A DNA stretch of 64,000 bases from Heterodontus francisci (Eukaryota), in NCBI RefSeq assembly GCF_036365525.1, contig NC_090375.1, forward strand, positions 96,474,512 to 96,538,511, in the 5' to 3' direction. The position numbers were made by a program, and so were the translations under genes. Numbering within the stretch: the stretch's first letter is position 1; the number at the start of each line of letters is the position of its first letter. Of this stretch, positions 12,728-25,898 are shown in pieces. Below the pieces are notes generated by a model. That model saw nothing but the letters and a program-made list of their open reading frames with translations, was not told where the DNA came from and ran no database searches.

Positions 12728-15700
12728 CCTTCCTGGAACAATTCCAGTGTCCGGGATGAGCATGTGTGCAGGAAGTGTCTCCAGCTGCAGCTCCTGGAAG
12801 CCCAGGTTTCGGAGCTGGAGTGGTGGCTGGGGACACTGTGGAGCATCCGCGAGGTGGAGAGTATCGTGGATAGCACGTATAGAAAGGTGGTCACACTGCT
12901 GTCTCAGACTCCACAGGCAGGAGGGGAATGGGTGACCAGCAGGCAGATCAAGAGGACGAGGCAGGCAGTGCAGGAATCTCCTGTGGCTATTCCCCTGCAT
13001 AGTGCTTTGGATACTGTTGGGGGGGGAATGGCCTCTCAGGGGAAAGCAGCAACAGCCCAATTCATTGCACCATGTTTGGCACTGGGGAGGAGTAAAAAGT
13101 GTGGGAATGCAATAGTTATAGGGGATTCAATTGTAAGGGGAATAGATAGACATTTCTGTGGCTGCAAACAAGACTCCAGAATGGTATGTTGCCTCCCTGG
13201 TGCTAGGGTCAAGGATGTCTCAGAGCGGTTACAGGACATTCTGAAGGGGGAGGGTGAACAGCCAGTGGTCGTGGTACACATTGGTACAAACTACATAGGT
13301 AAAAAAAAGGAATGAGGTCCTAAAAGCTGAATATAGGGAGTTAGGAAGTAAGTTGAAAAGTAGGACCTCAAAGATAGTGATTTCAGGATTATTACCAGTG
13401 GTTCCACATGCTAATCAGAGTAGAAATAGCAGGATATATTGGATGAATACGTAGCTCAAGAGATGGTGTGAGGGGGAGGGTTTTAGATTCCTGGGACATT
13501 GGACATTCTGGGGGAGGTGGGATCAGTACAAACTGGATGGGTTACACCTAGGCAGGGCCGGGACTGATGTCCTAGGGGGAGTATTTGCCAGAGTGGTTGG
13601 GGAGGGTTTAAACTAAAATGGCAGGGGGATGGGAACCTTTGCAAGGAGTCAGAGGAGGGGGGATGAAGGGCAAAAACAAAAGACAGTAAGGGGAATAAGA
13701 AAAGTGACAGAGAAATCAAGGGCCAGAATCAAACAGGGCCACAGTAAAAAATAGTGGGAAGGGAACAAATAATGTGAAAAAGACAAGCCTTAAGGCTTTG
13801 TGCCTTAACACATGTAGCATTCGCAATAAAGTGGATGAACTAACCACGCAAATAGATGTAAACGGGTATGATATAGTCGTGATTACGGAGACATGGCTGC
13901 AGGGTGACCAGGGATGGGAAATGAACATCCATGGGTATTCAGTTTTTAGGAAGGACAGACAAAAGTATAAGGCAGTGGAGTTGCATTGCTGGTTAAAGAA
14001 GAAATTAACGCATTACTGAGGAAGGATATTAGCTCTGATGATGTGGAATCAGTTTGGGTAGAGCTACGAAACACTTAGGGGCAAAAAACGTTAGTGGGTG
14101 TTGTATATAGACCCCCAAACTGTAGTGGTGATGTTGGGAAGGGCATTAAACAGGAAATTAGAGACGTATGCGATAAAGGAACATCTGTAATTGTGGGTGA
14201 CTTCAATCTGCATATAGATTGGGCAAATCAAATTAGTCACAATACTGTAGAGGAGAAATTCACGGAGTGCATACGGGATGGTTTTCTGGACCAATACGTT
14301 GAGGAATCAACTAGAGAACAGGCAATCCTAGACTGGGTATTGTGTAATGAGAGAAGAATAATTGACAATCACGTTGTGCGAGACCCCTTGGGGATGAGTG
14401 ACAATAATATGATAGAATTCTTCATCACGATGGAGAGTGATGTAGTTGATTCTGAGACTAGGGTCCTGAATCTTAATAAAAGAAACTACGAAGGTATGAG
14501 GCGCGAGTTGGCTATGATGGATTGGGAAACGTTACTTAAAGGAATGACAGTGGATAGGCAATGGCAAACATTCAAAGAGTGCATGGATGAACTGCAACAA
14601 TTGTTTTTTCCTGTCTGGCGCAAAAGTAAAACGGGAAAGGTAGCCAAACCATGGCTTACAAGGGAAATTAGAGATAGCATTAGATCCAAGGAAGATGCAT
14701 ACAAATTCGCCTGAAAAAACAACAGACCTGAGGATTGGGAGCAGTTTAGAATTCAGCAAAGGAGGACCAAGGGATTGATTAAGAAGGGGAAAATAGAGTA
14801 TGAGAGTAAGCTTGCAGGGAACATAAAACTGACGGTACAAGTTTCTGTAGGTATGTGAAGAAAAAGGATGGGTGAAGACAAATGAAGGTCCCTTACAGTC
14901 AGAAACAGGGGAATTTAGTATGGGGAACAAAGAAATGGCTGACCAACTAAATGCATAGTTGGTTCTGTCTTCACAAAGGAGGACACAAATATCATACCAG
15001 AAATGCTGGGGAACACAGGGTTTAGTGAGAGGGAGAAACCGAAGGAAATCAGTATTAGTAGAGAAATGGTGTTGGGGAAATTGATGGGTTTGAAGGCCGA
15101 TAAATCTCCTGGGCCTGATAATCTACATCCCAGTGTACTTAAGGAAGTGGCCCTAGAAATAGTGGATGCATTGGTGGTCATCTTCCAAGATTCTGCAGAC
15201 TCTGGAACAGTTCCTACAGATTGGAGGGTAGCTAATGTAACCCCACTATTTAAAAAGGGAGGTAGAGAGAAAGCAGGGAATTATAGACCAGTCAGCCTGA
15301 CGTCAGTAGTGGGGAAAATTCTAGAGTCCATTATCAAAGATTTTATAGCACAGCACTTAGAGAACAGTGGTAGAATCGGATAGAGTCAGAATGGATTTAC
15401 GAAAGGGAAACCATGCTTGACAAATCTGTTAGAATTCTTTGAGGATGTAACTAGTAGAGTTAATGAGGGGGAGCCAGTGGATGTGGTTTATTTGGACTTT
15501 CAGAAAGCTTTCGACAAAGTCCCAGGTAAGAGGTTAGCATGTAAAATTAAAGCGCATGGGATTGGGGTAGTGTATTGCAATGGATAGAAAATTGGTTGGC
15601 AGACAGGAAACAAAGAGTAGGAATAAACGGGTCTTTTTCTGAATGGCAGATAGTGACTAGTGGGGTAGCGCAGGGATCGGTGCTGGGACCCCAGCTATTC

Positions 15701-16165
15701 ACAATATATATTAATGATTTAGATGAGGGAACTAAATGTAATATCTCCAAATTTGCAGCTGACACAAAATTGGGTGGCAGGGTGAGTTGTGAAGAGGATG
15801 CAGAGAGGCTTCAGGCTGATTTGGACAAGTGGAGTGTGTGGGCTAATGCATGGAAGATGCAGTATAATGTGGATAAATGTGAGGTTATCCACTTTGGTAT
15901 TAAAAACAGGAAGGCAGATTATTATCTGAACGGCTATAAACTGAGAGAGGGGAATATGCAACGAGACCTGGGTGTTCTCGTAGAACAGTCACTGGAAGGT
16001 AAGCATGCAGGTGCAACAGGCAGTAAAAAGGGCAAATGGCATGTTGGCCTTCATAGCGAGAGGATTCGAGTACAGAAGCAGGGATGTCTTGCTGCAATTA
16101 TACAGGGCCTTGGTGAGGCCACACCTGGAATATTGTGTGCAGTTTTGGTCTCCTTATCTGAGGAA

Positions 16166-16991
16166 CCGCATGACGGCTCTCGAGCTGCGGATGGACTCAC
16201 TTTGGAGCATGCGCGATGCTGAGGAGGTCGTGGATAGCACGTTTAGTGAATTGGCCACACCGCAGATTAGGATTTCTGAGGGAGAAAGGGAATGGGTGAC
16301 CAAAAGGCAGAGAAAGAGCAGGAAGGCAGCGCAGGAGTCCCCTGCGGTCATCTCCCTCCAAAACAAGTATACCGTTTTGGATACCGTTGAGGGAGATGGC
16401 TCACCAGGGGAAGGCAGCAGTAGCCAGGTCCATGGCACCGTGGCTGGCTCTGCTGTTCAGAAGGGCGGGAAAAAGAGTGGAAGGGCTATAGTCGTAGGGG
16501 ATTCGATTGTAAGGGGAGTAGATAGGCGGTTCTGTGGTCGAAAACGAGGCTCCCGAATGGTATGTTGCCTCCCAGGTGCACGGGTCAGGGATGTCTCAGA
16601 TCGGCTGCAGAACATTCTAAAGGGGGAGGGTGAACAGCCAGTTGTCATTGTGCACATAGGCACTAATGATATAGGTAAAAAACGGGATGAGGTCCTACAA
16701 GCAGAGTTTAGGGAGTTAGGAGCCAAGTTAAAAAGTAGGACCTCAGAGGTAGTAATCTCAGGATTACTACCAGTGCCACGTGATAGTCAGAGTAAAAATG
16801 AAAGAATAGTCAGGATGAATGCGTGGCTTGAGAGATGGTGCAGGAAGGAGGGGTTCAGATTTTTGGGACATTGGGACCGGTTCTGGGGGAGGTGGGACTA
16901 TTACAAATTGGACGGTCTACACCTGGGCCGGACTGGAACCAATGTCCTTGGAGGTGCTTTTGCTAACGCTGTTGGGGAGGGTTTAAACTAA
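16166..16991 (+). CDS. CR1 ORF1p, SGNH/GDSL esterase domain (partial)
   Basis: Blocks VVGDSIV, CLPGA, HIGTND and DGLHL are all present; a coiled-coil-like segment precedes them. Confidence 0.9.
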
Positions 16992-19945
16992 TGTGGCAGG
17001 GGGATGGGAACCAATTGAGGTCAGTTGACAGTAAGGAGGTAGTAACAAAAGCCTGTAAGGAACTAGATAATGAAGTCAGTGCGACTAAGGGGAAGAGCAG
17101 GCAGGGAGCAGATGATGAATATAAAGGGACTGGTGGTCTGAGGTGCATTTGTTTTAATGCAAGAAGTGTAGTAGGTAAGGCAGATGAACTTAGGGCTTGG
17201 ATTAATACCTGGGAGTATGATGTTATTGCTATTACTGAGACTTGGTTGAGGGAAGGGCATGATTGGCAACTAAATATCCCAGGATATCGATGCTTCAGGC
17301 GGGATAGAGAGGGAGGTAAAAGGGGTGGAGGAGTTGCATTACTGGTCAAAGAGGATATCACAGCTGTGCTGAAGGAGGGCACTATGGAGGACTCGAGCAG
17401 TGAGGCAATATGGACAGAACTCAGAAATAGGAAGGGTGCGGTAACAATGTTGGGGCTGTACTACAGGCCTCCCAACAGCGAGCGTGAGATGGAGGTACAA
17501 ATATGTAAACAGATTATGGAAAGATGTAGGAGCAACAGGGTGGTGGTGATAGGAGATTTTAATTTTCCCAACATTGACTGGGATTCGCTTAGTGTTAGAG
17601 GTCCAGATGGAGCAGAATTTGTAAGGAGCATCCAGGAGGGTTTTCTAGAGCAGTATGTAAATAGTCCAACTCGGGAAGGGGCCATACTGGACCTGGTGTT
17701 GGGGAATGAGCCCGGCCAGGTTGTTGAAGTTTCAGTAGGGGACTACTTTGGGAATAGTGATCACAATTCCGTAAGCTTTAAAATACTCATGGACAAAGAC
17801 GAGAGTGGTCCTAAAGGAAGAGTGCTAAATTGGGGGAAGGCCAACTATACCAAAATTCGGCAGGAGCTGGGAAATGCAGATTGGGAGCAGCTGTTTGAAG
17901 GTAAATCCACATGTGATATGTGGGAGGCTTTTAAAGAGAGGTTGATTAGCGTGCAGGAGAGACATGTTCCTGTGAAAATGAGGGATAGAAATGGCAAGAT
18001 TAGGGAACCATGGATGACAGGTGAAATTGTGAGACTAGCTAAGAGGAAAAAGGAAGCATACATAAGGTCTAGGCGGCTGATGAAAGACGAAGCTTTGAAA
18101 GAATATCGGGAATGTAGGACCAATCTGAAACGAGGAATTAAGAGGGCTAAAAGGGGTCATGAAATATCTTTAGCAAACAGGGTTAAGTAAAATCCCAAAG
18201 CCTTTTATTCATATATAAGGAGAAAGAGGGTAACTCGAGAAAGGATTGGCCCACTAAAGGACAAAGGAGGAATGTTATGCTTGGACTCAGAGAAAATGGG
18301 TGAGATTCTAAACGAGTACTTTGCATCGGTATTCACCGAGGAGAGGGACATGACGGATGTTGAGGTTAGGAACAGATGTTTGATTACTCTAGGTCAAGTC
18401 GGCATAAGGAGGGAGGAAGTGTTGGGTATTCTAAAGGGCATTAAGGTGGACAAGTCCCCAGGTCCGGATGGGATCTATCCCAGGTTACTGAGGGAAGCGA
18501 GAGAGGAAATAGCTGGGGCCTTAACAGATATCTTTGCAGCATCCTTAAACACGGGTGAGGTCCCGGAGGACTGGAGAATTGCTAATGTTGTCCCCTTGTT
18601 TAAGAAGGGTAGCAGGGATAATCCAGGTAATTATAGACCGGTGAGCCTGACGTCAGTGGTAGGGAAGCTGCTGGAGAAGATACTGAGGGATAGGATCTAT
18701 TCCCATTTGGAAGAAAATGGGCTCATCAGTGATAGGCAACATGGTTTTGTGCAGGGAAGGTCATGTCTTACCAACTTAATAGAATTCTTTGAGGAAGTGA
18801 CAAAGTTGATTGATGAGGGAAGGGCTGTCGATGTCATATACATGGACTTCAGTAAGGCGTTTGATAAGGTTCCCCATGGCAGGCTGATGGAGAAAGTGAA
18901 GGCGCTTGGGGTCCAAGGTGTACTAGCTAGATGGATAAAGAACTGGCTGGGCAACAGGAGACAGAGAGTAGCAGTAGAAGGGAGTTTCTCAAAATGGAGA
19001 CGTGTGACCAGTGGTGTTCCACAGGGATCCGTGCTGGGACCACTGTTGTTTGTGATATACATTAATGATTTGGAGGAAAGTATAGGTGGACTGATTAGCA
19101 AGTTTGCAGACGACACTAAGATTGGTGGAGTAGCAGATAGTGAAGGGGACTGTCAGAGAATACAGCAGAATATAAATAGATTGGAGAGTTGGGCAGAGAA
19201 ATGGCAGATGGAGTTCAATCAGGGCAAATGCGAGGTGATGCATTTTGGAAGATCCAATTCAAGAGTGAACTATACAGTAAATGGAAAAGTCCTGGGGAAA
19301 ATTGATGTCCAGAGAGATTTGGGTGTTCAGGTCCACTGTTCCCTGAAGGTGGCAACGCAGGTAAATAGAGTGGTCAAGAAGGCATACGGCATGCTTTCCT
19401 TCATCGGACGGGGCATTGAGTACAAGAGTTGGCAGGTCATGTTACAGTTGTATAGGACTTTGGTTCGGCCACATTTGGAATACTGCGTGCAGTTCTGGTC
19501 GCCACATTATCAAAAGGATGTGGATGCTTTGGAGAGGGTGCAGAGGAGGTTCACCAGGATGTTGCCTGGTATGGAGGGCGCTAGCTATGAAGAGAGGTTG
19601 AGTAGATTAGGATTATTTTCATTAGAAAGACGGAGGTTGAGGGGGGACCTGATTGAGGTGTACAAAATCATGAGAGGTATAGACAGGGTGGACAGCAAGA
19701 GGCTTTTTCCCAGAGTGGGGGTTTCAATTACTAGAGGACACGAGTTCAAAGTGAAAGGGGAAAAGTTTAGGGGGGATATGCGTGGAAAGTTCTTTACGCA
19801 GAGGGTGGTGGGCACCTGGAACGCATTGCCAGCGGAGGTGGTAGATGCGGGCACGATGGAGTCTTTTAAGATGTATCTAGACAGATACATGAATGGGCAG
19901 GAAGAAAAGAGATACAGAACCTTAGAAAATAGGCGACATGTTTAG
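16991..19945 (+). pseudogene. CR1 ORF2p (APE endonuclease and RT), 984 codons with a single nonsense codon at 18188-18190
   Basis: ORFs 16991-18190 and 18272-19945 are in the same frame with no other stop between them. Motifs ITETW, GDFN, SDH, GVPQGSVLGP, KFADD. Confidence 0.93.
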
Positions 19946-20654
19946 AGAGAGGATCTGGATCGGCGCAGGCTTGGAGGGCCGAAGGGCCTGTTCCTGTGCT
20001 GTAATTATCTTTGTTCTTTGTTCTTTGTTCTTTGAAGGATGTTCTTGCTATAGACAGAGTGCAGCAAAGGTTTGCCAGACTGATCCCTGGGATGGCGGGA
20101 CTGACGTATGAGGAGAGATTGAGTCGGTTAGGATTATATTCGCTGGAGTTCAGAAGAATGAGGGGGGATCTCATAGAAACCTATAAAATTCTAACAGGAC
20201 TTGACAGGGTAGATGCAGGAAGGATGTTCCCAATGGTGGGGGAGTCCAGAACCAGTGTCATAGTCTAACGATACGGGGTAAACGTTTCAGGACTGAGATG
20301 AGGAGAAATTTCTTCACCCAGAGAGTGGTGAGCCAATGGAATTCGCTACCACAGAAAGCAGTTGAGGCCAAAACATTGTATGTTTTCAAGAAAGAGTTAA
20401 ATATAGCTGTTGGGGCGAAAGGGATCAAAGGATATGGGGGGATAAAACAGGTTACTGATTTGGATGATCAGCCATGATCATAATGAATGGCAGAGCAGGC
20501 TCAAAGGGCTGAATGGCCTACTCCTGCTCCTATTTTCTATGTTTCTATGTTCTCAGTCTGCTTCTATCTAATATGGAACTACTCCCATCTCTAGTCCTGT
20601 CCCACATTCTCACATTATGCAGCTTATTCCTCTTTTCTACTTCTATATGCTAGT

Positions 20655-20905
20655 GCCCATCCCGCTGCCAATTTAGTTTAAACCATCCCAAACCACCCTC
20701 GTGAACCTCTGCACAAGGACACCTGTCCCAGTCCTGTTGAGGTGCAACCCAATCTTTTTGAATAGGTGCCTTCCGCCCCAGAACTGGTCCCAATATCCCA
20801 AGAATCTTAAACCCTCCCTCCTGCACCATGCTTCAACCCATGCATTGATCCTCCCTATCTTCCTATTTCTACTCTCACTAGCACATGGCACTGGGAGTAA
20901 TATGG
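20655..20905 (-). mobile_element. CR1 ORF1 (esterase) C-terminal fragment
   Basis: LLPVPCASESRNRKIGRINAWVEAWCRREGLRFLG..GLHLN..GLN stop. Confidence 0.85.
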
Positions 20906-21469
20906 AGGCATGCACCATTTTGAAATGGGATGGTTGGACACTCAAAGGTCGAAATTACCCCCAATTTTTAAATTTTCCACTTAATGCCAGCATAAATTCC
21001 TCCAATGGATGAAATGCTAAGCAAAGTTCCCTTTGCAGCGATCCAATATTGCCAAGGCATCTCTTTGAAGCTGCTGCTTCCAACCCATTGTAACATCACT
21101 GCAAATGCAATGGAAATCTCAATTACATACCATTGACCTAGAAATTGGATCATGCTGTGCCACTTTATCGGCATAAAAACAGACACCTAAGATTCCATAT
21201 GGCAGCTAGTGTGTTGATGCGCATTTTGTGCCAAAAGTTCACCACCTGCCATTTTGGTAAAGACTCCTCAGTAGGTGTCCAGGGCACACACCAGAAACAG
21301 GCATTAGACCCTTTGCTTATGTACTAACCCGTTTATGAGGCCCCATTGCAAAATTATTTAGAACTACTATTTTTGTTGAAGTATATTTGCAAACTAGGAA
21401 TAAACAATCAGAGATACACAAACTTCAGATCCGGACCATTAAAAATATAATAGTATAAAAACTACTGAA

Positions 21470-22802
21470 GCTCTTGTTGGACTCCAACTGGAGTATTGTG
21501 TCTAGTTCTAGTCGCCACACTTTAGGAAGGATGTAAGGGTACAGAGGAGATTTACCAGAATGGTTCCAGCGATGGGGATTTTGGTCCTGGCAAGCTGGGC
21601 GCTGATGTAGACTGCGCATGCGCAGCACCATACTGACAGCAGGAGTCCGTTCTGTGCACGCGTAAAGCTGGGAGCACTCTGATGACGTCGGAGCTGGGCT
21701 GTGTTGCCAGCAGTCACTTTGTTTTACTTACAAGTTTAAGTTCGAAAAGCTGGTGTTGTACTTCTTGGAGCAAAGGAGATTGAAGGGAGATTTGATAGAG
21801 GTGTATAGATTATGACAGGCTTAGATAAGTTAGACAAGGAAAACTGATCCTATTAACTAATGGTACAAGCATTAGGGGACACAGACTGAAGATTTTGGAC
21901 AAGAGATGCAGGGGAAATGTGAGGAAGAACATTTTTTGCACAGTGGGTGGTAATGACCTGGAACTTGCTGCCCATGAGGGTGGTGGAAGTGGAATAATCG
22001 ATCATTTCAAAACAAATTGGTTGGGTGCTTGAAAGAAACAGACTGCAGGACTATAGGGATTGAGCGGGGGAGTGGTACTGACTGGATTGCTCCTTGGAGT
22101 GCTAACATGGACTCGATGGGCCGAATGGCCTCCTTCTCTGCCGTAAATGACTTTATGACTCTATGGGCTAGATTTTGTATGGTCCCCGACACCAGGAACG
22201 GTTGCGGGAGGGCATGAAGATCACTACAGATGAGGCCTGGTACTGACCCCGATGCAGGCAGGGTCCCGCCCGATCTCAACGGAGGTGGAGAGGCCTCATA
22301 GCGCCCCCCACCCACCCCCCCCACCCCCCCCCCCACCCCCCGCTTGGCGGCGGGACCACGATTTCCATATATAAATAAATTAACCTCTCTGAATTAATGA
22401 AGGTGCCATCGCCTCCTGATTTGCCTTTCCGATCTTCATCCTGGTGGCAGGCACTGCTGCGCCCTCGGATTCCCGTCTGGGGAAACGAGGCGCGACACCT
22501 GTGAGGAGGGGGGAGGAGATAAGTTTCGCCATGTGGGAGAGGGGGAGTGGGGTCAAACCTACCTGATTGGTCGAGGGTGTGATAGGAAGGGGTAAAGGAC
22601 AAAGGTTCTGAACTCTGTGGTGGGGGTGGGGGTGGGGGGGAAGGTCACCTAATCAAAGTAAGTACTTCGGGGGGTTGGGAAGGGCAGGAAAGACATGTAT
22701 TGATATTGGGAGGTTTCACTTGTCATTTAGGGCTGTAAGCCCTTTAAAAATGGCACTGGTGCACTGGCGCTGGATGCCGTTAAATTCAGCCCTATGACTC
22801 TG
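21470..22802 (+). mobile_element. CR1 3' fragment with a short internal insert (about 21583-21722) and a MITE in its tail
   Basis: caactggagtattgtgtc...; (ATGACTCT)n tail split by the MITE at 22165-22792. Confidence 0.8.
22165..22792. mobile_element. Non-autonomous TIR element (PIF/Harbinger-like MITE)
   Basis: TIRs GGGCTAGATTTT / TAAATTCAGCCC; exact 3-bp TSD TAT; GC-rich body similar to the copies at 38380 and 55619. Confidence 0.8.
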
Positions 22803-23091
22803 TACACACAGAGAAAAATTACCACCCAGCCATATTGCAAACAATACCATATCTCTCTTAATGAACTTAAGTCAGTAATCTAATCAAGCGATTTAATTGA
22901 TCAATATAACTACTTGGGTTTTACCTTTTACACCCTATGATGCTGTCTTAGCCCACTGAATGCATTACTGTCCTTTAATTTGCTGACAGAAGTCCAGTGT
23001 CTCTACTTGGTGGGTTCTGTGCTAATTATACATAGTGAAAGCAAGGCGGCCTATTTCTACTCCATTTTATACTTTGGTGTAGATTTCTTAC

Positions 23092-23213
23092 CTGATAATA
23101 CATATGAATCCTGTATCGTCTCACTTTTGCGGACAAGAAACAAGCCAACTTCTTGAGTGGAAGAAAGGAGATGGTTTTCTGCCTCGAATCGTGCCATTTT
23201 TCCACAATACCAG
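23092..23213 (-). CDS. PTK6: PTK6-family kinase exon 2 (N-terminal half of SH2), 122 bp; not in the ORF track
   Basis: ttcaatcatag| acceptor. C+TGG TAT TGT... reads (S)WYCGKMARFEAENHLLSSTQEVGLFLVRKSETIQDSYVLS with the FLVR motif. G|gtaag donor. Phases match exons 1 and 3. 122 bp matches human PTK6 exon 2 (from memory). Confidence 0.93.
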
Positions 23214-23904
23214 CTATGATTGAAATGAGTATGACATTTGATAAGCAGCGTAAGAGTTAACTTGCTGTTTTACAATGCAACAGGTTACTACATATAAATG
23301 GATTATTCGCTTTTGCACAGTTTGCAAATTTTCAGTGCACTGATGAAATCTACAACAAACTACAACTTGCAAAGTAGTATGAGAGATGTCCAGAAGATAT
23401 GGTGCTTATGCAGTTTTACCAATAAAGATATATCAATTCATATAAGAACACAACAAACCATAGAACAATGCCATTGGACCCAAAATACCTTTTCATTCAT
23501 AGATAATTTGCAAACTAACTGGTCATAGATTTATCTCTGAAACATAAACATTCTATAATCCTAATGTAATCAAGAGAAAACGCAAGATCTCCATTGAACT
23601 TGACACATACCTCCACAATTTATTATTAACTTAAACTCATGAGGTCACCCGATGAATCCAGATCAGAAAGGCCATTCAATCCATTTTAACTCATTCATTC
23701 AGAAAGACCTTACAGTCTCGCCAGTTTCCAAACACATTACTTAAATTACTGCAGGGTTTTTGATTCCACTACCTAACCAGAAGTCCATTTCATGTATTGA
23801 TCACTTGTTTGGGGTAGATTGTGACTTTGTCCAATATTGTAAATGGGTGATAGCAGTCAGCAGTCCATTTTACATCATCCTCAATTTTCATTTCCATTGA
23901 GAGC

Positions 23905-24548
23905 AATGGCTCTGCCCCTGCCTCAGTTCATCTGCTGCTGAAGCCCTCATCCATGCCTTTGTTGTCTTGAGACTTGACTATTCCAACACACACCTGGACA
24001 GCCTCCCATATCTACCCTCCGTAAACCTGAGGACATCCAAAACTCTGCTCCCTGTGACCTTACTCGTGCCAAGTCCTGTTCACCTAACACCCCAGTCCTT
24101 GCTGACTTAATTGGCTCCCTGTTAAGCAATGCCTCGATTTGAAAATTCTCATCCTTGTTTTCAAATCCCTCCATGGCCTTCCCCTCCCTACCTCTGTAAT
24201 CTTTTTCTGACCCACAACCCTCCGAAATATCTGAGCTCTTCTAATTCTCTTGAGCATCCCCAATTTTAATTGCTCTATCATCGGTGACCGTGCCTTTAGT
24301 TGCTAAAGCCCTAAGCTCTGGAATTCCCTTCCTAAACCTCTCTGCTTTCGTCCATTCCTAAACTTCTCTACCTTTCTTTCCTCCTTTAAGACACTCTCAA
24401 AAGCCACCGCTTTGACCAAGGTTTTGGTCATCTGCCCTAATTTCCTTATGCGCCTTGTTGTCATTTTTTTCTTAGTAACGTTCCTGTGAAGCACCTTGGG
24501 ATGTTTTATTATGTTAAAGGTGCTATAAAAATACAGGTTGTTGTTGTT
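23905..24548 (+). mobile_element. L2-like LINE 3' fragment
   Basis: ctcatccatgcctttgt..gacttgactattccaac (degraded LIHAFV.SRLDYSN); L2-type end ctgtgaagcaccttgggatg..aaaggtgctat with a (GTT)n tail. Confidence 0.78.
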
Positions 24549-25190
24549 GAGATGGATACTCCAGGCCAAAGTCCACTATCTACAACATCAAAGGGAAGTA
24601 ATTTAGTTTAAAAAATTAATGCTGTAAATATGAAATAACGACTGAAATTGCTGGAAATACACAAAAGGTTGATCAGTATCTGAAAGAGAAAGATAGTGCA
24701 CCATATCAATGTGACTCTTTAACCGAACCATTTACCAAAGAGCTGTGCCACGCTGTCATTCCTTTAGCAGATTATACCTACATCAGCACTACACTGATTA
24801 CTGCTGCTTAGACTGGACTTCCAAGTTCCTGAAGCTGTACCTCAGATTTCTATGTCAGTTCAGAATATCTTCACAGAATGCCACCATTTCTTTTGCTTGT
24901 GGCATTTCTGCCATACAATGTCATTACCTGGAATTCCCGGAGAGTGGGAAAGTCAGACACAGAGTTGACCGCCACTCGCTGTCAGTCGATTACTGGAGTT
25001 ACTATTAGACTATGGAAAATGTTGTGCACTTGTTAGCACCTCCACATGTTGCTTAGTTCTGAAAGGAATGGGAGGCTTAAAGCTGCCTCTGTTCACTCCT
25101 TGGTGCTGTGTGCTTAATTTCCAATGTAGTCCTTTCAACAGCACTTTATTAAAAAATTAAAAAAAATTTTAAGCTGGGAAGGCACACATA

Positions 25191-25898
25191 GGGCTGGATT
25201 TGTGGAGGAGGCGGGGCTCCCGGCTCTGGGCAGAAAAGGCAAGGGGAAATCTGCCACAGCCTTTTTGTGGCCCCACCCTTGTCACGATCCTCCATTATTC
25301 CGGAGGCGAAGTTTCCAGCGCTGGGCTCTCTGTCCCTTTAAAGACAAGGATCCTGCCTTCAAGAGCTGCTGGAAAAACACAGGGCTTGAAGCTCAGCAGT
25401 AGCGGTGGCCTTGGACTCAGGTCCAGCGATGGAACCCCAGACCTCAGCTAAGTAAGGCGGGGTCCCCCGGCCAGGCCAGACGCCTCGGTGAGGAGGGGTG
25501 GGGGGATGGTTGTAAAGTCCAGGGGGAGTGGGGTCCTGGGAGGTGCAATGTTTCCCAGCTGGGCCCTCCTTGGGCCACAGATTGCCCATGGAGGAGGGAC
25601 CACAGCCCCACACACAAGCGTGCAGGTGGTTTTTCAAGACATCTTCCCCTCGTGGCGGAGGCCCGTCCCACCGCCTCTGGTTAGATCCCAGCAGTGGGGG
25701 GAAGAGGCACTTAAGTAGCAGTTAATAGGCCACTAAGGGCCTCATTTGGCCTCTGGCCCTATCCTGTCCATGGGAAAATCGCTTGGCAGTGGGGCGGCGA
25801 CGGACCCTGTGCTACCCCATCTCCTCCTGTCACCCGTCGTGATTCTATGGGTGCCCACGCTGCTGACCCCACATCGGGGGACCCATAATATCCAGCCC
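25191..25898. mobile_element. PIF/Harbinger-like MITE, second subfamily
   Basis: TIRs GGGCTGGATTTT / AATATCCAGCCC; flanks ata/gta; body related to 31389-32127 in inverse orientation. Confidence 0.75.

Larger units (their letters stand above)
16166..20034 (+). mobile_element. Young, nearly intact CR1 LINE, 5'-truncated within ORF1
   Basis: Uninterrupted ORF1 to 16991, ORF2 16991-19945 with one stop, 3' stem gggccgaagggcc and a (TTTGTTC)n tail. It splits the host sequence ctgagg/aaggatg with only 2-3 nt of overlap. Confidence 0.95.
12730..20551 (+). mobile_element. Older near-full-length CR1 (ORF1 esterase plus ORF2, frameshifted), host of the younger CR1 at 16166-20034
   Basis: ORF1 CRKCLQ..VIGDSIV..HIGTN; ORF2 pieces 13774-16165. 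Resumes at 20035 (aaggatgttcttgct) and ends in a (TTTCTATG)n tail at about 20533-20551. Confidence 0.92.

Noticed and set aside
12402-13060. Overlapping 177-aa and 178-aa ORFs on opposite strands
   Set aside because: Read-through across the head-to-head junction of two CR1 fragments near 12730.
16005-16991. 328-aa ORF that looks like an RT-tail/esterase fusion protein
   Set aside because: Chance in-frame junction between the old CR1 ORF2 and the 5'-truncated young CR1 ORF1 at 16166.
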